From NCBI GenBank assembly GCA_020184695.1, contig JAANOX010000037.1, positions 310,001 to 374,000 on the forward strand: a stretch of DNA of 64,000 nt, given 5' to 3'. Position 1 is the stretch's first letter. The number at the start of each line of letters is the position of its first letter. The notes under the pieces were generated by a model. That model was not told the DNA's origin. It searched no databases and was given only the letters and a program-made list of their open reading frames with translations. This stretch comes from Histomonas meleagridis 2922-C6/04-290x. Its lineage: Eukaryota; Protista; Parabasalia. The position numbers were made by a program, and so were the translations under genes. Below, piece by piece: positions 30,501 through 42,270 of this stretch.

Positions 30501-31592
30501 ATGGGAGTAAAGAATCTCATGAAATTTATAGAAAAACATGCCCCATCGGCTATTAAAAAAATAAGAATTGATCAATTAATGGGGAAAACAATAGCAATAG
30601 ATGCATCTTTACAAATCTATCAATTTCTTGTTTCTGTTCGTCATATTGGAAATCAATTAGTTGACGAAGAAGGAAATACCACATCACATCTCCAAGGTAT
30701 CTTAACAAGAACAGTCAATTTCATTACTAATGGTATCAAGCCAATATATGTTTTTGATGGAAAACCACCAGAAGTTAAAAGCGCCGAACTTCAAAAGCGT
30801 GCTGAAAGAAGGCAAGAAGCAGAAGCCCAACTTGAAGCTGCAATTGAAGCTGGAAATGAAGAAGATATCAATCGTTTTAGTAGAAGAACAGTTCGTATGG
30901 ACCCACAGCAGGTAGAGGAATGTAAGCGACTTCTCAAGTGCATGGGAATCCCATATGTTGAAGCACCATGTGAAGCTGAAGCAGAATGTGCTGCCTTATG
31001 CAAAGCTGGACTTGCTGAAGCCACAGCTACAGAAGATATGGATTCACTTGCTCATGCTACTCCAGTTCTGATTCGTCATATTGCCAAACCCGATGAGATT
31101 GTCTCCATCTCTTATGAAAAAGTTCTTGAAGAAACACAGCTTACACATGAACAATTTATCGATTTTTGTATTTTGTGTGGATGTGATTATACAAATACCA
31201 TTAAAAATATTGGTCCAAAACGTGCATATGAATTAATTAAGCAACACAAAACTATCGAAAATGTAGTTAAAACGATTGACAAAAATAAGTATCCAGTGCC
31301 TGATGATTTTGATTATCAATCAGCTCGTGATATGTTTTTACATCACGAAGTTGTCACAGAAGGATTAGTATTCAAATGGGGAAAGCCTAACAAAGAAGAA
31401 ATGATCAAGTTTCTTGTAGAAGAAAAAGGATTCAACCAAGGAAGAGTTGAATCCATTGCACAGAAACTTATCAAGGCAAAACAAGGAGGCCAACAAACCA
31501 GAATGGATTCCTTTTTCTCTGTAATGCCTTCAGCACCAAAGAAGAAAGCACAGTTGCCTCCAAAGAAAGCGCCGAAAAGTAATAAAAAGTGA
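30501..31592 (+). CDS. FEN1: Flap endonuclease 1
   Basis: MGVKNL, AIDAS..IYQFL, YVFDGKPP..K..EL.KR, APCEAEAECA, ATEDMD, LCGCDY, C-terminal PIP box QTRMDSFF. Confidence 0.96.
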   Translation: MGVKNLMKFIEKHAPSAIKKIRIDQLMGKTIAIDASLQIYQFLVSVRHIGNQLVDEEGNTTSHLQGILTRTVNFITNGIKPIYVFDGKPPEVKSAELQKRAERRQEAEAQLEAAIEAGNEEDINRFSRRTVRMDPQQVEECKRLLKCMGIPYVEAPCEAEAECAALCKAGLAEATATEDMDSLAHATPVLIRHIAKPDEIVSISYEKVLEETQLTHEQFIDFCILCGCDYTNTIKNIGPKRAYELIKQHKTIENVVKTIDKNKYPVPDDFDYQSARDMFLHHEVVTEGLVFKWGKPNKEEMIKFLVEEKGFNQGRVESIAQKLIKAKQGGQQTRMDSFFSVMPSAPKKKAQLPPKKAPKSNKK

Positions 31593-31611
31593 CAAATAAT
31601 TTTTGTGTACT

Positions 31612-32157
31612 TTACTCAATGAAGTGAACTTGGGTTTTTGTGGTTTTCTCGTCTGGCTTAAAGCTTGGATCTGGCTTTCCAATTGCAACGGAAAGACCAA
31701 TGCGGTCGGTAGGGATTCCAAGAATTTCAGATGTGAACTTGTTTTGTGGTGGATTAGATGCCATTAAAACTGGAAGAGTTGCATAACCAAGTTCGACAGC
31801 AGCATCAATGACAGAGACCATAGCTGCGCCACAGTTTGTTTCACCACGTTTGCCTTTTTCACTATTATAGATCCCGAAGATGACACAAGGAGCATCACAC
31901 CAAATTGTAGATTGAAGTGAATATTTCTCTTTACGGGCATCAAGGTAATTAAGGAATTCAGGGGTTCCTTGGTGAACCTGAGAACTGATTTTATCGATGA
32001 TTTCTTGATTTGTGATGACAAGGAAATCAACATTTTGGTTTCCAAGAGAGCATGGGTAGTTACGCGCCGCGTTGACTATCTTTTCAATATCTTCGCGTGG
32101 GACTTTTTGATCACGGATGAATTTTCTGCAGCTTCTTCTGTTTAGAACCTGATCCAT
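31612..32157 (-). CDS. Nitroreductase-family protein
   Basis: RRSCRKF, ...IEKIVNAARNYPCSLGNQNVDFLVI, AVELGYAT, AIGKP. First plausible ATG is at 32157. Confidence 0.85.
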   Translation of the reverse strand: MDQVLNRRSCRKFIRDQKVPREDIEKIVNAARNYPCSLGNQNVDFLVITNQEIIDKISSQVHQGTPEFLNYLDARKEKYSLQSTIWCDAPCVIFGIYNSEKGKRGETNCGAAMVSVIDAAVELGYATLPVLMASNPPQNKFTSEILGIPTDRIGLSVAIGKPDPSFKPDEKTTKTQVHFIE

Positions 32158-32347
32158 TTGCTGACGGTTATTAATGTGAAAAAGTTCTTTGACATTTGTC
32201 GCTAAACAACAAAAATGTTTTCTTGGAATAAAATGTGTTTTCCAAATGATCACATCAAAGATCATTGGTGAAAAGAAACGTGATTTCAATTTAAGAATAA
32301 TGTGTAATGATTAAATAAGAAAATTAAAATTTCACATCAGATGTAGT

Positions 32348-32803
32348 TTAAGCAGTAAGAGCAGATGCTGTTTGGGCGTTGTACTTCCAGTTTGGTGCAA
32401 TTATACGTCTTGCCTTGTAGTAACGAGCAAGACGATGGATACGGGATTCGATAAGAATAAGACGGTACTTGCCATCAATGTCGTGGCTAGACCTTTCGAG
32501 GTGCTTACGAACGTTGACTGCTTTCTTGATTAAATAGTATAATTCTTCTGGAAGAGCTGGTGCTAATCCATTAGCCTTAAGAATGCGGAGAACCTTATTG
32601 CCTGTGACTGCGCGAACTTGGCCAACACCATGACTATCACGGAGCTTTTCACCAATTTGTGATGGTCTGATTCCTTTCTTAGCATAGTCACAAATGAGTT
32701 GGACAACGTTTTCACCAGAAAGTTGGAGCCAATGTGGTGCTGTTCTGCGGTATGGGATTGTTGAACCAGAAATACCTTTACCAGGAGAATGGAGACGACC
32801 CAT
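32348..32803 (-). CDS. RPS13: 40S ribosomal protein S13 (uS15), 151 aa
   Basis: [30 protein letters not shown]-like [19 protein letters not shown]. Confidence 0.97.
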   Translation of the reverse strand: MGRLHSPGKGISGSTIPYRRTAPHWLQLSGENVVQLICDYAKKGIRPSQIGEKLRDSHGVGQVRAVTGNKVLRILKANGLAPALPEELYYLIKKAVNVRKHLERSSHDIDGKYRLILIESRIHRLARYYKARRIIAPNWKYNAQTASALTA

Positions 32804-32807
32804 TTCG

Positions 32808-32825
32808 AAAGGTTGACCAAACCGG
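32808..32825 (-). promoter_or_regulatory. Trichomonad core promoter: M5-like CCTTT plus M3-like CCGGTT upstream of RPS13
   Basis: Minus strand reads CCGGTTTGGTCAACCTTTCGAAATG; CCTTT ends 4 nt before the ATG. Confidence 0.6.
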
Positions 32826-32946
32826 AAAAAACTCCTTTTTTCATTCAAAAAGTTATATCACGACATGAAATGAATTTGTGAATCTATCGTTTACATAACC
32901 GTCAAAAATGATCGTTATATTGCTGGTGATTTGTTTACTATTTTTG

Positions 32947-34122
32947 TTAATTAAGTGGATCGTACTTATTTCTCTTGCACTTATCCTTTACGATGACTAT
33001 AACTGCTATCACGCCAATTGCAAGGCATATAATTACCGATACGTATGCAATTATCATTGGCTTCCTCGATGATGTTGGTTCGAATGTGTTAACTTCGACA
33101 AGTTCATATTTTACAGAACTTGGAATTCCTTTTGTGTCAATTTTATTTTGATTTGCTTTTGAGCTTCCGAGTGTCAAACTAAATCCGGTCGTATCCTTCC
33201 AATTGCCATTAAAAACGAAACCGATTTTAGCGTTTAAGAATGGCTTAATGTCAGTGACTCCATGCAATTTCACTTTCTCAAAAAGATAATAGTTTTTAAC
33301 CAAATTCTCAAAGAATCCATAGAATGGTTGGTCAAAGATGATTTTGATTGGCTGTGGAGTCTTGACATTATCAGAAAGATTTATTGTGATATCATATGAG
33401 TCTGAAATATATGGATCGACCATAATACTTACTTTGGATGTTTGGGAGTTTGGTATGACATATTCAGTGGTTTCTTCGTCTTCATCTGTAACTTCAAGTG
33501 TTAATTGATTAGAATCAACTTTGATGGATGTGAGTTTGTCATTGATAATAAATGTTTTACTAGATGCTGTGGATTCGTTGAGTTGGGCGAGATCAGTGGT
33601 GTAGAGTTCGTCAGTTTCAAGTTTGCCTGTTAATAGTGTATGATATAAAACTGCTTTGGGAACTTTGATTGTCCCATTGATTTCCGTACTGTGCGAGCTG
33701 AAAATAATTTGCGATACTGAGTTGGTTAAATCTTGATTTTTATAATAAACAACATCGGTTTGGAGACTACTCATGTAATAGCCTATATAAACACTCTTTT
33801 TGGCAGAGGAGGGTGATAGGTCAACGGGGTTGTCAGGGGTACTAGAAAATGGGCCAATGTATGCATTCTTGCTGATTATATTTCCAATAGTCGAAGCTTC
33901 TGTTAATTCTGGGCAATAAAGATCAAGAGTTGGATAAAGGTCAATGATCTTTCCAAGTACTTCGCAGTATTCTGGAGCATAATTTTTAGAACAATTATTA
34001 TACTCTTCCTTCATTTCTGGTGTTACTTCAGTCACCTTAGGACAGACTTCCTTCATGTCAAAATAAATATATTGAAAATCAGTAGTTGCTCCGAGAGTTA
34101 ATCCTATTAAAAAGAAAAACAT
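32947..34122 (-). CDS. Hypothetical type I membrane/surface protein
   Basis: Signal-peptide-like N-terminus MFFFLIGLTLG, C-terminal TM IIAYVSVIICLAIGVIAVIVIV, short basic tail with a YDPL motif. Confidence 0.75.
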   Translation of the reverse strand: MFFFLIGLTLGATTDFQYIYFDMKEVCPKVTEVTPEMKEEYNNCSKNYAPEYCEVLGKIIDLYPTLDLYCPELTEASTIGNIISKNAYIGPFSSTPDNPVDLSPSSAKKSVYIGYYMSSLQTDVVYYKNQDLTNSVSQIIFSSHSTEINGTIKVPKAVLYHTLLTGKLETDELYTTDLAQLNESTASSKTFIINDKLTSIKVDSNQLTLEVTDEDEETTEYVIPNSQTSKVSIMVDPYISDSYDITINLSDNVKTPQPIKIIFDQPFYGFFENLVKNYYLFEKVKLHGVTDIKPFLNAKIGFVFNGNWKDTTGFSLTLGSSKANQNKIDTKGIPSSVKYELVEVNTFEPTSSRKPMIIAYVSVIICLAIGVIAVIVIVKDKCKRNKYDPLN

Positions 34123-34469
34123 TCAGTGATATGTGCCTGGGAAAACGGTTATAACTGTTTGAACAAGCAGTACGATAGGACTTTTGAAAAAGCCAAACAC
34201 GATACATGTAACGCCAAAGCCATTCAAATTTCTATCGTATGTATGTTTTGTAAGCCCTAAAATTATTCTTTATATAAGTAACTCGAAATACATTCTGTGC
34301 ACAGAATGTATTTTTATCTTTCGGAATATTTTCATTGATAAATTTATGAAATGTTAGTTGAGATAATATGATCCTTTTGCAAATTCATTAATTCATATAA
34401 AATATTTTTATTTTCATAATAAAAAATTTTTTTTTGTTTTATTCATAAGCAAATATTTATAACAATGAA

Positions 34470-35520
34470 TTGACCAGTTTAGGAATACATTGTCCAAAGT
34501 ATACTTGATAATGATGGAATTTCAAGTGTTACGAAATTTCGTTTCAAATGTAACAAATAAAGAATGTACATGATAGTTTTGAGATTTGATGGAAGTTTAA
34601 GCGTATCAAATGCTGTACAACTTACAAATCCGTAAGAGTTGTTGAAATGTTTTCATTAAATGGAATTTTTGCGTTTTCACATCCATAAAATGCATAATTG
34701 TCAATTGTTCATAAATTTTTTGGAAGTTGTATTGATGCAAAATCATTAATTGTCATATTAACTTGATCAGGATCTTCAAAGCTTGTAAATTTAAAATAAG
34801 AAAAAGCTCTTCTATCAATTTGCAATATTTACACCAAGTATTATCTGATTTAATGAAATACAACTACATTTCTTCAGCTGTAAATGAATGAAAGATAATA
34901 ACAATTTGAAAATGTATAATCATTAATAGTTTCAGGTATTGTACTTTTCACGATGTTAAAAAGTATGTGCACCAATTGTTTGAGTACAGCTAAGAATATT
35001 AGCTTCAGTTAAAGATGTCAATAATTGAAAGGATTTACTAAAACTATATGAACTTAAACTTGAACATTTGTAAATGCAAAAGTTTCTATTGCTTTGACAT
35101 TATCTGATAAAACAATTGTTTGAATCGATGAACATAAAATGCACAATAATTAGTTTCGAAACTCTTTAATGCATTAAAATTTTCAAATGCATAATTTCCA
35201 ATAGTATCAACATTAATTGCACCTTTTATTGGATGTATAACTTGATTATTAAACACATATTCATCGATAGTTGTAATTGTATTAATGATTCAGTATTTTT
35301 ATTTGCTATTGGTTTGCACATAAGAAAGGCAAATTACCATGATTTTAAATAAAAAACTCTATCAATTTCATGATAAGAATATACTGTATTTTTTTCTTCT
35401 ACTTTAATAACTTCAAGAATAAAACATTTTTGAAAATACTCTACCAGATGTAAAGCTTTGAACATATGTTGGAATTGTAATATTTTTTACAGCAAAACAT
35501 GAATCAAATGCTTTAGCTTA
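34470..35520 (-). pseudogene. Decayed BspA-like LRR pseudogene
   Basis: Fragments in shifting frames (KAFDSCFAVKNITIPTYV, VDTIGNYAFENF, TIDNYAFYGC), many stops and small indels. Confidence 0.7.
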
Positions 35521-36035
35521 ATAGCAAATATAGATTTGCCAAGTAAACGACTGTGTAGTTTATACAATTCGCAAAATATCATTTTGAATTTTGCTAGCCT
35601 GAGACTTCAAATGTTTATTCAAATTTACAAACAAAAATATGTTTTCACTGGTTATGGCTCAAGCTTTATCCTAAAACAACATTTTTTTTTAATAATACCT
35701 CTTGAAAAAAAATCTTTTTGATCTTCAAAATATTTACAAAAAAAAGTCATTTGTTTTTTCCTTCTCACATAATTCTAATGCTCCTTTCATGACTAGACTA
35801 CATCACATATGATGAGTCTAAAAAAGAATGCTGTTCTAAGTATGTGAGCCACAAACAGTGGCGTTCTTCATGTCCCAGCGACTATCTCCCAGACAATTTC
35901 ATCAAATAAAAAGCGGCAAAAATTGTGTAGGGTGGCAGTTTTTTTCTTTGAAATTTGAATGTAAAAGAATGCCTCAATTGAGAAAGTTTTTTTTTATTTA
36001 CTAACGACTGTTGGACAGATTTAACAAAGCCAAAC

Positions 36036-36794
36036 ATGACTGAAGCCAAAGGCACGAATAAGATGTGCTCTGTAATAATTCCAACTTATAACGAAGCAGA
36101 AAACATAAAACAATTACTTGATAAATTATTTGAAACATTTAAGCAAATTTCAAATACAAATTTTGAAATCATTGTTGTTGATGATAACAGCCAAGATGAA
36201 ACAGCTAAAATAGTTTCTAAATACCCAAATAAAAATGTTCATTTATTGGAAAGAGAAGCCAAACTCGGGATCGGTTCTGCATACAGACATGCCTTCAGAA
36301 GGTCCAAGGGAGACTATATTTTGATAATGGATGCAGATTTTTCCCATAACCCAATTTACATTCCTGAATTTTTCAAATCTCTTGACAATTCGAACTCCTC
36401 TGTTGTATTCAGTTCTCGATATACGGGTGATGGTGGTGTCTCAGGTTGGGATTACAAGAGAACTTTTATCTCAAGTGCAGCGAATTTCATCGGGAAATTT
36501 ATATTGCGCATACCTAATTCTGATATCACAGGGTCATTCAGATTATACTCAAGAAATGTATTTTCTAACATTGTTAAATACTCAAAAGCGACAGGTTTCT
36601 CATTTCAACTTGAAGCAGCATTTCTATCAAAGTACTTTGCAGAGTCATTCCAAGAAGTACCCATAACCTTTGAAGATAGAAGGAAAGGAAAATCAAAACT
36701 GAATTTTAAGGAAATCATAATGTTCATCTGTTCATTAATCTATTGTTTTTTCTTTATGATCTATCATTTCTTCTTTAAGCTAGATAATAAATAA
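36036..36794 (+). CDS. DPM1: Dolichol-phosphate mannosyltransferase catalytic subunit (GT2)
   Basis: SVIIPTYNEAENI, VVDDNSQDET, KLGIGSAY, MDADFSHNP.YIP, SDITGSFRLY, VPITFEDR..GKSKL. Confidence 0.93.
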   Translation: MTEAKGTNKMCSVIIPTYNEAENIKQLLDKLFETFKQISNTNFEIIVVDDNSQDETAKIVSKYPNKNVHLLEREAKLGIGSAYRHAFRRSKGDYILIMDADFSHNPIYIPEFFKSLDNSNSSVVFSSRYTGDGGVSGWDYKRTFISSAANFIGKFILRIPNSDITGSFRLYSRNVFSNIVKYSKATGFSFQLEAAFLSKYFAESFQEVPITFEDRRKGKSKLNFKEIIMFICSLIYCFFFMIYHFFFKLDNK

Positions 36795-37003
36795 AATAAT
36801 TTTATTATTTAATTTAAAAATTATAAGATAAATCATTAATTAATTTTTTTTTTTTACTCAACAAAACGAAACGTGCTTCTAGAGTTTCTTCTTATTTTAG
36901 GATATGGTGTATAGTTTTATTAAAAATGTGGATATTTTTTATACATTTCATAAAACTTCTAAAAAAAAATAAAACCGTTAAGTCTACAGACGGTTTTCTC
37001 AAA

Positions 37004-39139
37004 ATGGAAAACACTCCAAACCTCTCTCTGAGCTCTATCCAAGAAAAAATAAAGCAAGGGCAGATTATTGAGTCTTTTAACTCCAAGCGAATTGAAAACT
37101 TGAATCAAAAATTATTCGATATAATACATCAAGTACTTGCAACAAAGAAGTTTCATTTGTTTTGTCACTATTACTATCGCGACATTCATACCAATAAAAT
37201 CGACCCATCATTTTTCTCATCTTTATTCCAAAGCAAAAATATTAATAAGCCAATAGAAGATCGAAAATCTACTGTAATCCTAAACTCAATTAAGTTCCTT
37301 AGGGACAAGCCTATTAATTTTCAAACTGAAATTCTTAAACTTGGAGTTGAGCAACCTGAAATGCGTGATTTACTTACCTTTAGTGTAATCCCATCAATCT
37401 TTGGGCTTCTTTCTCATACTGAGGAACAGAAGCAATACGTTGACTTCATTGTTTCTATAACCAAATCAATCAAGGAAATAGGATATTCTTTTGGCAGAGC
37501 CTTATTTGTCATTCCTGAGTTTAGACTTTTCACCAATAAAATATATGAAACAATTCCAATTCACTTATCCAGTATTAACAGTACTTTACAAGCAGAAGAT
37601 TTTTTGACACAATTTCTTAAAGGTGCTGAAAGATACATTTCACAATGTCCTCTCATAGTCAAATACCTTTTACAAAAGGACCTTGGATACAAGATCCTTA
37701 AACATTCTTTTTTCAAACAATTTATTGTATCAACCTACATATATGGTTTTTCACAAATTGGTGAAGATGCTGACTGTCTTGAAGCTGCGGCAATATTGCT
37801 TACAGAAGCAGCAAAACGAACAAAATTTGTCCATCAATTTTCAGAAATTCTTCGCAAAGCGAATAAAACTAATTATTACGACCAAGCAACAGAGCTTCTT
37901 CCTGTGTACTCTAGAGTGTTTTATCTCACAACATATGACGTCCAAATCATTGCACTTCTTGTTGCAAATTGTAAAAACGAAACTCCACAACCGCTAAAAC
38001 CGCCATCCGAATACAATTTACTTGTTGTTAAAGATCTTGCGAGATTAAAAGGTAGTGGACAACTTTCCCAATCGAATGATTCTCTTTTGCAAATACACAG
38101 TGTTCTTCATGATCTTTTAGCCGAAGCTAGTGTAATTCCAAATAATATGCAACTTGATGAAGTCTTAAAAAGTCTTGTTGACCATACGTCTAGCTTCCGA
38201 TCAGCGAAAGCTCGAGTACAATTTGAAATTTTCCAATATCTTGTTGAACAATATGAAGAAAAGACTAATTCCAAACTTCAAATGGACAAATTAATCACGT
38301 CATTCAAAGATTCTCTTGAAGGTGAATCCAGCCAACTCAAAGAGTCCACCTCTGAGCTCCAAAAATTCATAACGATATTTACCATCATGAAACAATTCCT
38401 TGACAAGCTTTCCACCATATCCTATGACTACAATCTTCTTATACAGTATTGTCTTGTCTGTACTTGCTATGAAAAGAACGACTTTTTCACTCGTGCAATC
38501 CAACTTAAATCATTATCAACATTTACTTCGACTTTTTCCGAGATCCAAAATCGATGGAACTCATTCACCACCACCTACAACTATCATTTTGACGTTTTGC
38601 CCGAAAGTATTCTTTTGCATTTCATGGACAAGTGCACATATCCATTGTTCATCAAAGCGTTACCAGATACGCAACAATTCGACCAAAAGTTTTCCCAACT
38701 TTCCGACGAGTTAATTGAAGACATTGACAATGTTAAGCTCAAACAATTACTTAAGAACGAAACGTCACGATTCGACATAAGTATAAATCGTATTCATGAC
38801 GCATACGAATGTAACTCCGTTCTGCTTTACTTGAAAGAAATATCTTACGCAAGAAATAACATACAAAAGGTGCTGTTCGAAATATTCCCCGAAGCTGGCG
38901 AAAACGAACTGTTCCCAACAGTCGTCTTTTTGGTGCATAAGGCAAAGCCAAATATGTTCATATCGAAGACGGAATATATGTTCAGAGCTTTTCAGGCAAT
39001 TTCAGGAATGATGACGCAGTCGTACGGAGAGAAGCTGCTCAATAACGTGGTGCTGATGAGACAGGCCGCAATATTCTTCGTGGAAACAATAGAGGGAAGT
39101 GAAGGGGCATTGAAGCTGAACGCGTTCTTGAATAGTTGA
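37004..39139 (+). CDS. Hypothetical protein with probable C-terminal VPS9 (Rab5 GEF)-like domain
   Basis: Long ORF; C-terminal AGENELFPTVVFLVHKAKP resembles the VPS9 GADDLLP motif. ATG at 37004 follows AACCGT/ACGGT motifs. Confidence 0.6.
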   Translation: MENTPNLSLSSIQEKIKQGQIIESFNSKRIENLNQKLFDIIHQVLATKKFHLFCHYYYRDIHTNKIDPSFFSSLFQSKNINKPIEDRKSTVILNSIKFLRDKPINFQTEILKLGVEQPEMRDLLTFSVIPSIFGLLSHTEEQKQYVDFIVSITKSIKEIGYSFGRALFVIPEFRLFTNKIYETIPIHLSSINSTLQAEDFLTQFLKGAERYISQCPLIVKYLLQKDLGYKILKHSFFKQFIVSTYIYGFSQIGEDADCLEAAAILLTEAAKRTKFVHQFSEILRKANKTNYYDQATELLPVYSRVFYLTTYDVQIIALLVANCKNETPQPLKPPSEYNLLVVKDLARLKGSGQLSQSNDSLLQIHSVLHDLLAEASVIPNNMQLDEVLKSLVDHTSSFRSAKARVQFEIFQYLVEQYEEKTNSKLQMDKLITSFKDSLEGESSQLKESTSELQKFITIFTIMKQFLDKLSTISYDYNLLIQYCLVCTCYEKNDFFTRAIQLKSLSTFTSTFSEIQNRWNSFTTTYNYHFDVLPESILLHFMDKCTYPLFIKALPDTQQFDQKFSQLSDELIEDIDNVKLKQLLKNETSRFDISINRIHDAYECNSVLLYLKEISYARNNIQKVLFEIFPEAGENELFPTVVFLVHKAKPNMFISKTEYMFRAFQAISGMMTQSYGEKLLNNVVLMRQAAIFFVETIEGSEGALKLNAFLNS

Positions 39140-39793
39140 TTTTATAAAATGATATTTTTCCGAAAATTGGATTTGTTCGAATGAAATTAAAATTATTTAT
39201 TGTAAAGGAATTTCTAAAGAAGAAAATACAAATTTGGCAGTAACATTTGGAGATTTTGCACTTCTAGATTGGAGTTTGGTGGTTAATATTTCAGTCCCAT
39301 CTTAAATTACAGGAATTAGAGAATTCGCATTCTCTGGTTGTTCTTGAATAATTAACTAATATGACAATTCTTATAAGAAAGTATGATCATTTGGCATTAC
39401 TAATTTCATATAATTTTTACATAGGCGTGTGCATGCATTGAAGGATTTATCATGATAAAAAGAGATGCTTTTCTTTAGATTGAGGAATTTTGTTTTGCTG
39501 TTTATCAACATTTTGACTACTTTATTTGCTTTTCATAATAGAAACCCGTTATTTTGATTTAGATCTCAGAAAATTCATAAGATTATATCAAACCGAAGTT
39601 TTCCACACAATTTGTTCCGATTAACCGGAATGTTAACTGGGGGGTTTATGCCAATTTCAATAACCAACATTTTTTTTTGCTTCAAAATTGCACAAAAGCC
39701 GCTGCCATTTGCCAATTGAAATGCAAACTGAAAACTCAGGAATGAAATTTGGAATTCAAGGATTTATTGAAGAATAATTTATAAATGACCACT

Positions 39794-40351
39794 TTATACA
39801 TGCTCATTAAGCTGGTTTAATAAATTACTAATCTGATAGAAATATAATGGATCATATTGCTGATCGTCTTTACTTTTCGTATCAATTGATACTTGATTAT
39901 TTTCATCATTATCTAGTTGAGAACTAGATGGATGCTTTGTTATTAGTCTTGCGCAAAAGTAAAAATCTTCTTCTGAATTTACATTCATGTTTAATGCTTT
40001 CATTTTCCTCATTATTGAATTCCATCTATTTTTCACATTATTAATTGATCTGTTACAGAAGCACTTACAAATTAAGGACCACTTTGGGCCAAGCATATTA
40101 TATTTCTCATATAAAATATGATCTTCACTTATTGTCCATGGAGAACAATTTACATTTGGGTTTAAATAGAATTTCCATCTTTCTCTGCACTGTCTTGCAT
40201 TTCTAGTTTTAATCTTAGAAGAAATAAAATCCCAATTTTTCATACCATACTCCTGTACAAGCTGAATAAGCTTTTGATCCTCTTCATTGGTGAATGTCTT
40301 TCTCTTTTTCTTGCGAATTTGACCAACTTGAGTCCCTTTTAGTTGTTCCAT
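39794..40351 (-). CDS. R2R3 Myb-like DNA-binding protein
   Basis: FTNEEDQKL..LV...G..NW...RNARQCRERW..YL.P...W...ED..L...Y...GPKW..I...RS.NNVKNRW. Confidence 0.93.
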   Translation of the reverse strand: MEQLKGTQVGQIRKKKRKTFTNEEDQKLIQLVQEYGMKNWDFISSKIKTRNARQCRERWKFYLNPNVNCSPWTISEDHILYEKYNMLGPKWSLICKCFCNRSINNVKNRWNSIMRKMKALNMNVNSEEDFYFCARLITKHPSSSQLDNDENNQVSIDTKSKDDQQYDPLYFYQISNLLNQLNEHV

Positions 40352-41031
40352 CTGTAAAATACTTTTTTGAAGTATTCAATTTCAATTTCTCTTTGTGATA
40401 TGTTCTGGAAATTGAATATGAATTTCATTCAAAGTTTGACGCTGGTAACATTTTAAAGAATTAATATATTCTCTTAGATTTTCTCGATAAATTATATTTG
40501 ATGTAGTATTTGAAATTACATCTCTATGTTTCATAAAGTATTTATATAAAACAAGAGTAAAATTAATTTTAAAATGAGATCTTTGTTTTTCATGCATTAA
40601 AACGTTTTTTGGATTTGTTAACAAATTTCTGGAGAAAACGTTCAGCCAAGATTATCGTTAAAGCTTCTGTTAATTGAATTGCGCTTGATTGGTTTTCAGA
40701 AGAAATAATTTCAGTCAAAAGTCTTTCTTTTGATTAAGTTTCATAATTTTTGCGAAAATTCATTTTTATTCATGAAACTTTAGTAAAAAATTTCGTCTCT
40801 GATCTTTATTATGGCAAATTATTTAAATAACGTGCGAGTCAGTTTAAGATTCTTTATAAAAATTAACCTCATTCTGCAAATGACCAAACTCTTTGAAACG
40901 TACGAAGAAAATTGAATTAATTTTTGGTTTTTTTACGGTTCTAACTTTTTCATAAAAGGAGGGTTAAATTCTGAACGTTTGGTGGTCGAACATTGATAAG
41001 TTTACATACAACTGCAACACCAAAAAATCAT

Positions 41032-41616
41032 ATGCAATCGGATTTATTGGATGTGCCATACCGTGTTGTTACAATAGGTGAAGAATCAGTCGGAAAAACA
41101 TCAATAACAAATAGACTTGTAGGTGAATCATTTAATCAAAATGAACCCAGCACAGTTGGCGCAAATTACCAACAAATCGAACAAGAAAAAGATGGAAACA
41201 AAATATGCATTCAGATTTGGGATACAGCAGGACAAGAAAGATTCAAATCTTTAGCACCAATATATTTGAGAAATGCTTGTGCAGCACTTGTTGTTTTTTC
41301 ATTAACAAGCAAATCTTCGTTCGAAAGTTTAGGTTTGTGGATTGAAATGTTCTATGAGATCGCTGGGCAAAATACAATTTTATGTGTTATCGCAAATAAG
41401 TCTGATCTAACAGATGAACACGAGTTGACACTTAGTGAAGCAAATGATTGGGCAGCCCAATTTGGATATCCTCTCTTCGAAGTTTCTGCTAAAACTGGAT
41501 ATGGAATCGATAAAGTTCTTGATTTTTTGTTAACTAAGCTTCCAACTCTCAAAGAAGGAAATAAAAGCAAAAGCAAAAAGCTTACTCAATCACAAGAAGG
41601 GGGACAATGTTGCTAA
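41032..41616 (+). CDS. Rab-family small GTPase
   Basis: GEESVGKT, WDTAGQERF, NKSD, SAKTG, C-terminal CC. Confidence 0.92.
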   Translation: MQSDLLDVPYRVVTIGEESVGKTSITNRLVGESFNQNEPSTVGANYQQIEQEKDGNKICIQIWDTAGQERFKSLAPIYLRNACAALVVFSLTSKSSFESLGLWIEMFYEIAGQNTILCVIANKSDLTDEHELTLSEANDWAAQFGYPLFEVSAKTGYGIDKVLDFLLTKLPTLKEGNKSKSKKLTQSQEGGQCC

Positions 41617-41839
41617 TATCAATTGTTTTCTTTTTTATGTAAAAATTGGTTTTGGTGGGAATCATCAATTTTTTTTTGAGAACTAACAAAAACCATTAAG
41701 TTTTTTAATTTGAAATATTGCAATGTTTTGTAATTGGTTTTGTTTTTTTTTGCTGCAATTCAATGATTTATTGCGAGCCGTTATTTTGAATTGTTATGAT
41801 GTCGTGAAAAGTGACATTTTTAATCAACATAAAAATTCA

Positions 41840-42270
41840 TAAATAGAAATGAAAAGCAAATTTTTCTTAACCTCAAACAAATAATTTTTTCTTTAAATAA
41901 TGATAATATTGAAAATTCAGTTCAACAAACAATTAATTTGTTTGATTCCATATTTCCAATTTCATTTAATAAAGTTATGTGTATGATGGCTTATTCTGCT
42001 TTTAAAACAAGAATGGTAGATGGAGAAAGTTATTTAACATATTTAAAATCAATCCAAACAAAAGAAATTGAAACAAATAAAGATAATCCTAATATCATTG
42101 ATGCGTTTGTTGATTACCTTATAATTAAGAAAAATAAAAAAGAAGGCAAATAAAATGATTTTTTTAAAAGGCCCAGCACTTAAAATTGCTATCAACAGTT
42201 ATTCAAGTGATATTATTATGATGATTGTAACTGCTCAAGAAAATTTAGATAGTGAAGAGATGGGCACATA
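41840..42270 (+). pseudogene. Truncated paralogue fragment of the DUF3447-ankyrin family
   Basis: IFSLNNDNIENSVQQTINLFDSIFPISFNKVMCMMAYSAF aligns by eye with IFDMNMKNISQSVNSIINKFDDIYPLSFKMIIIQMTYAAF of the 4135 gene; followed by a stop and an ankyrin-like PALKIAI remnant. Confidence 0.55.

Noticed and set aside
35800-35850. C/D-box snoRNA-like CACATA-TGATGA...CTAA-G-TATGTG
   Set aside because: The D box is not CTGA and the element is very short; the region also reads as a short ORF remnant.
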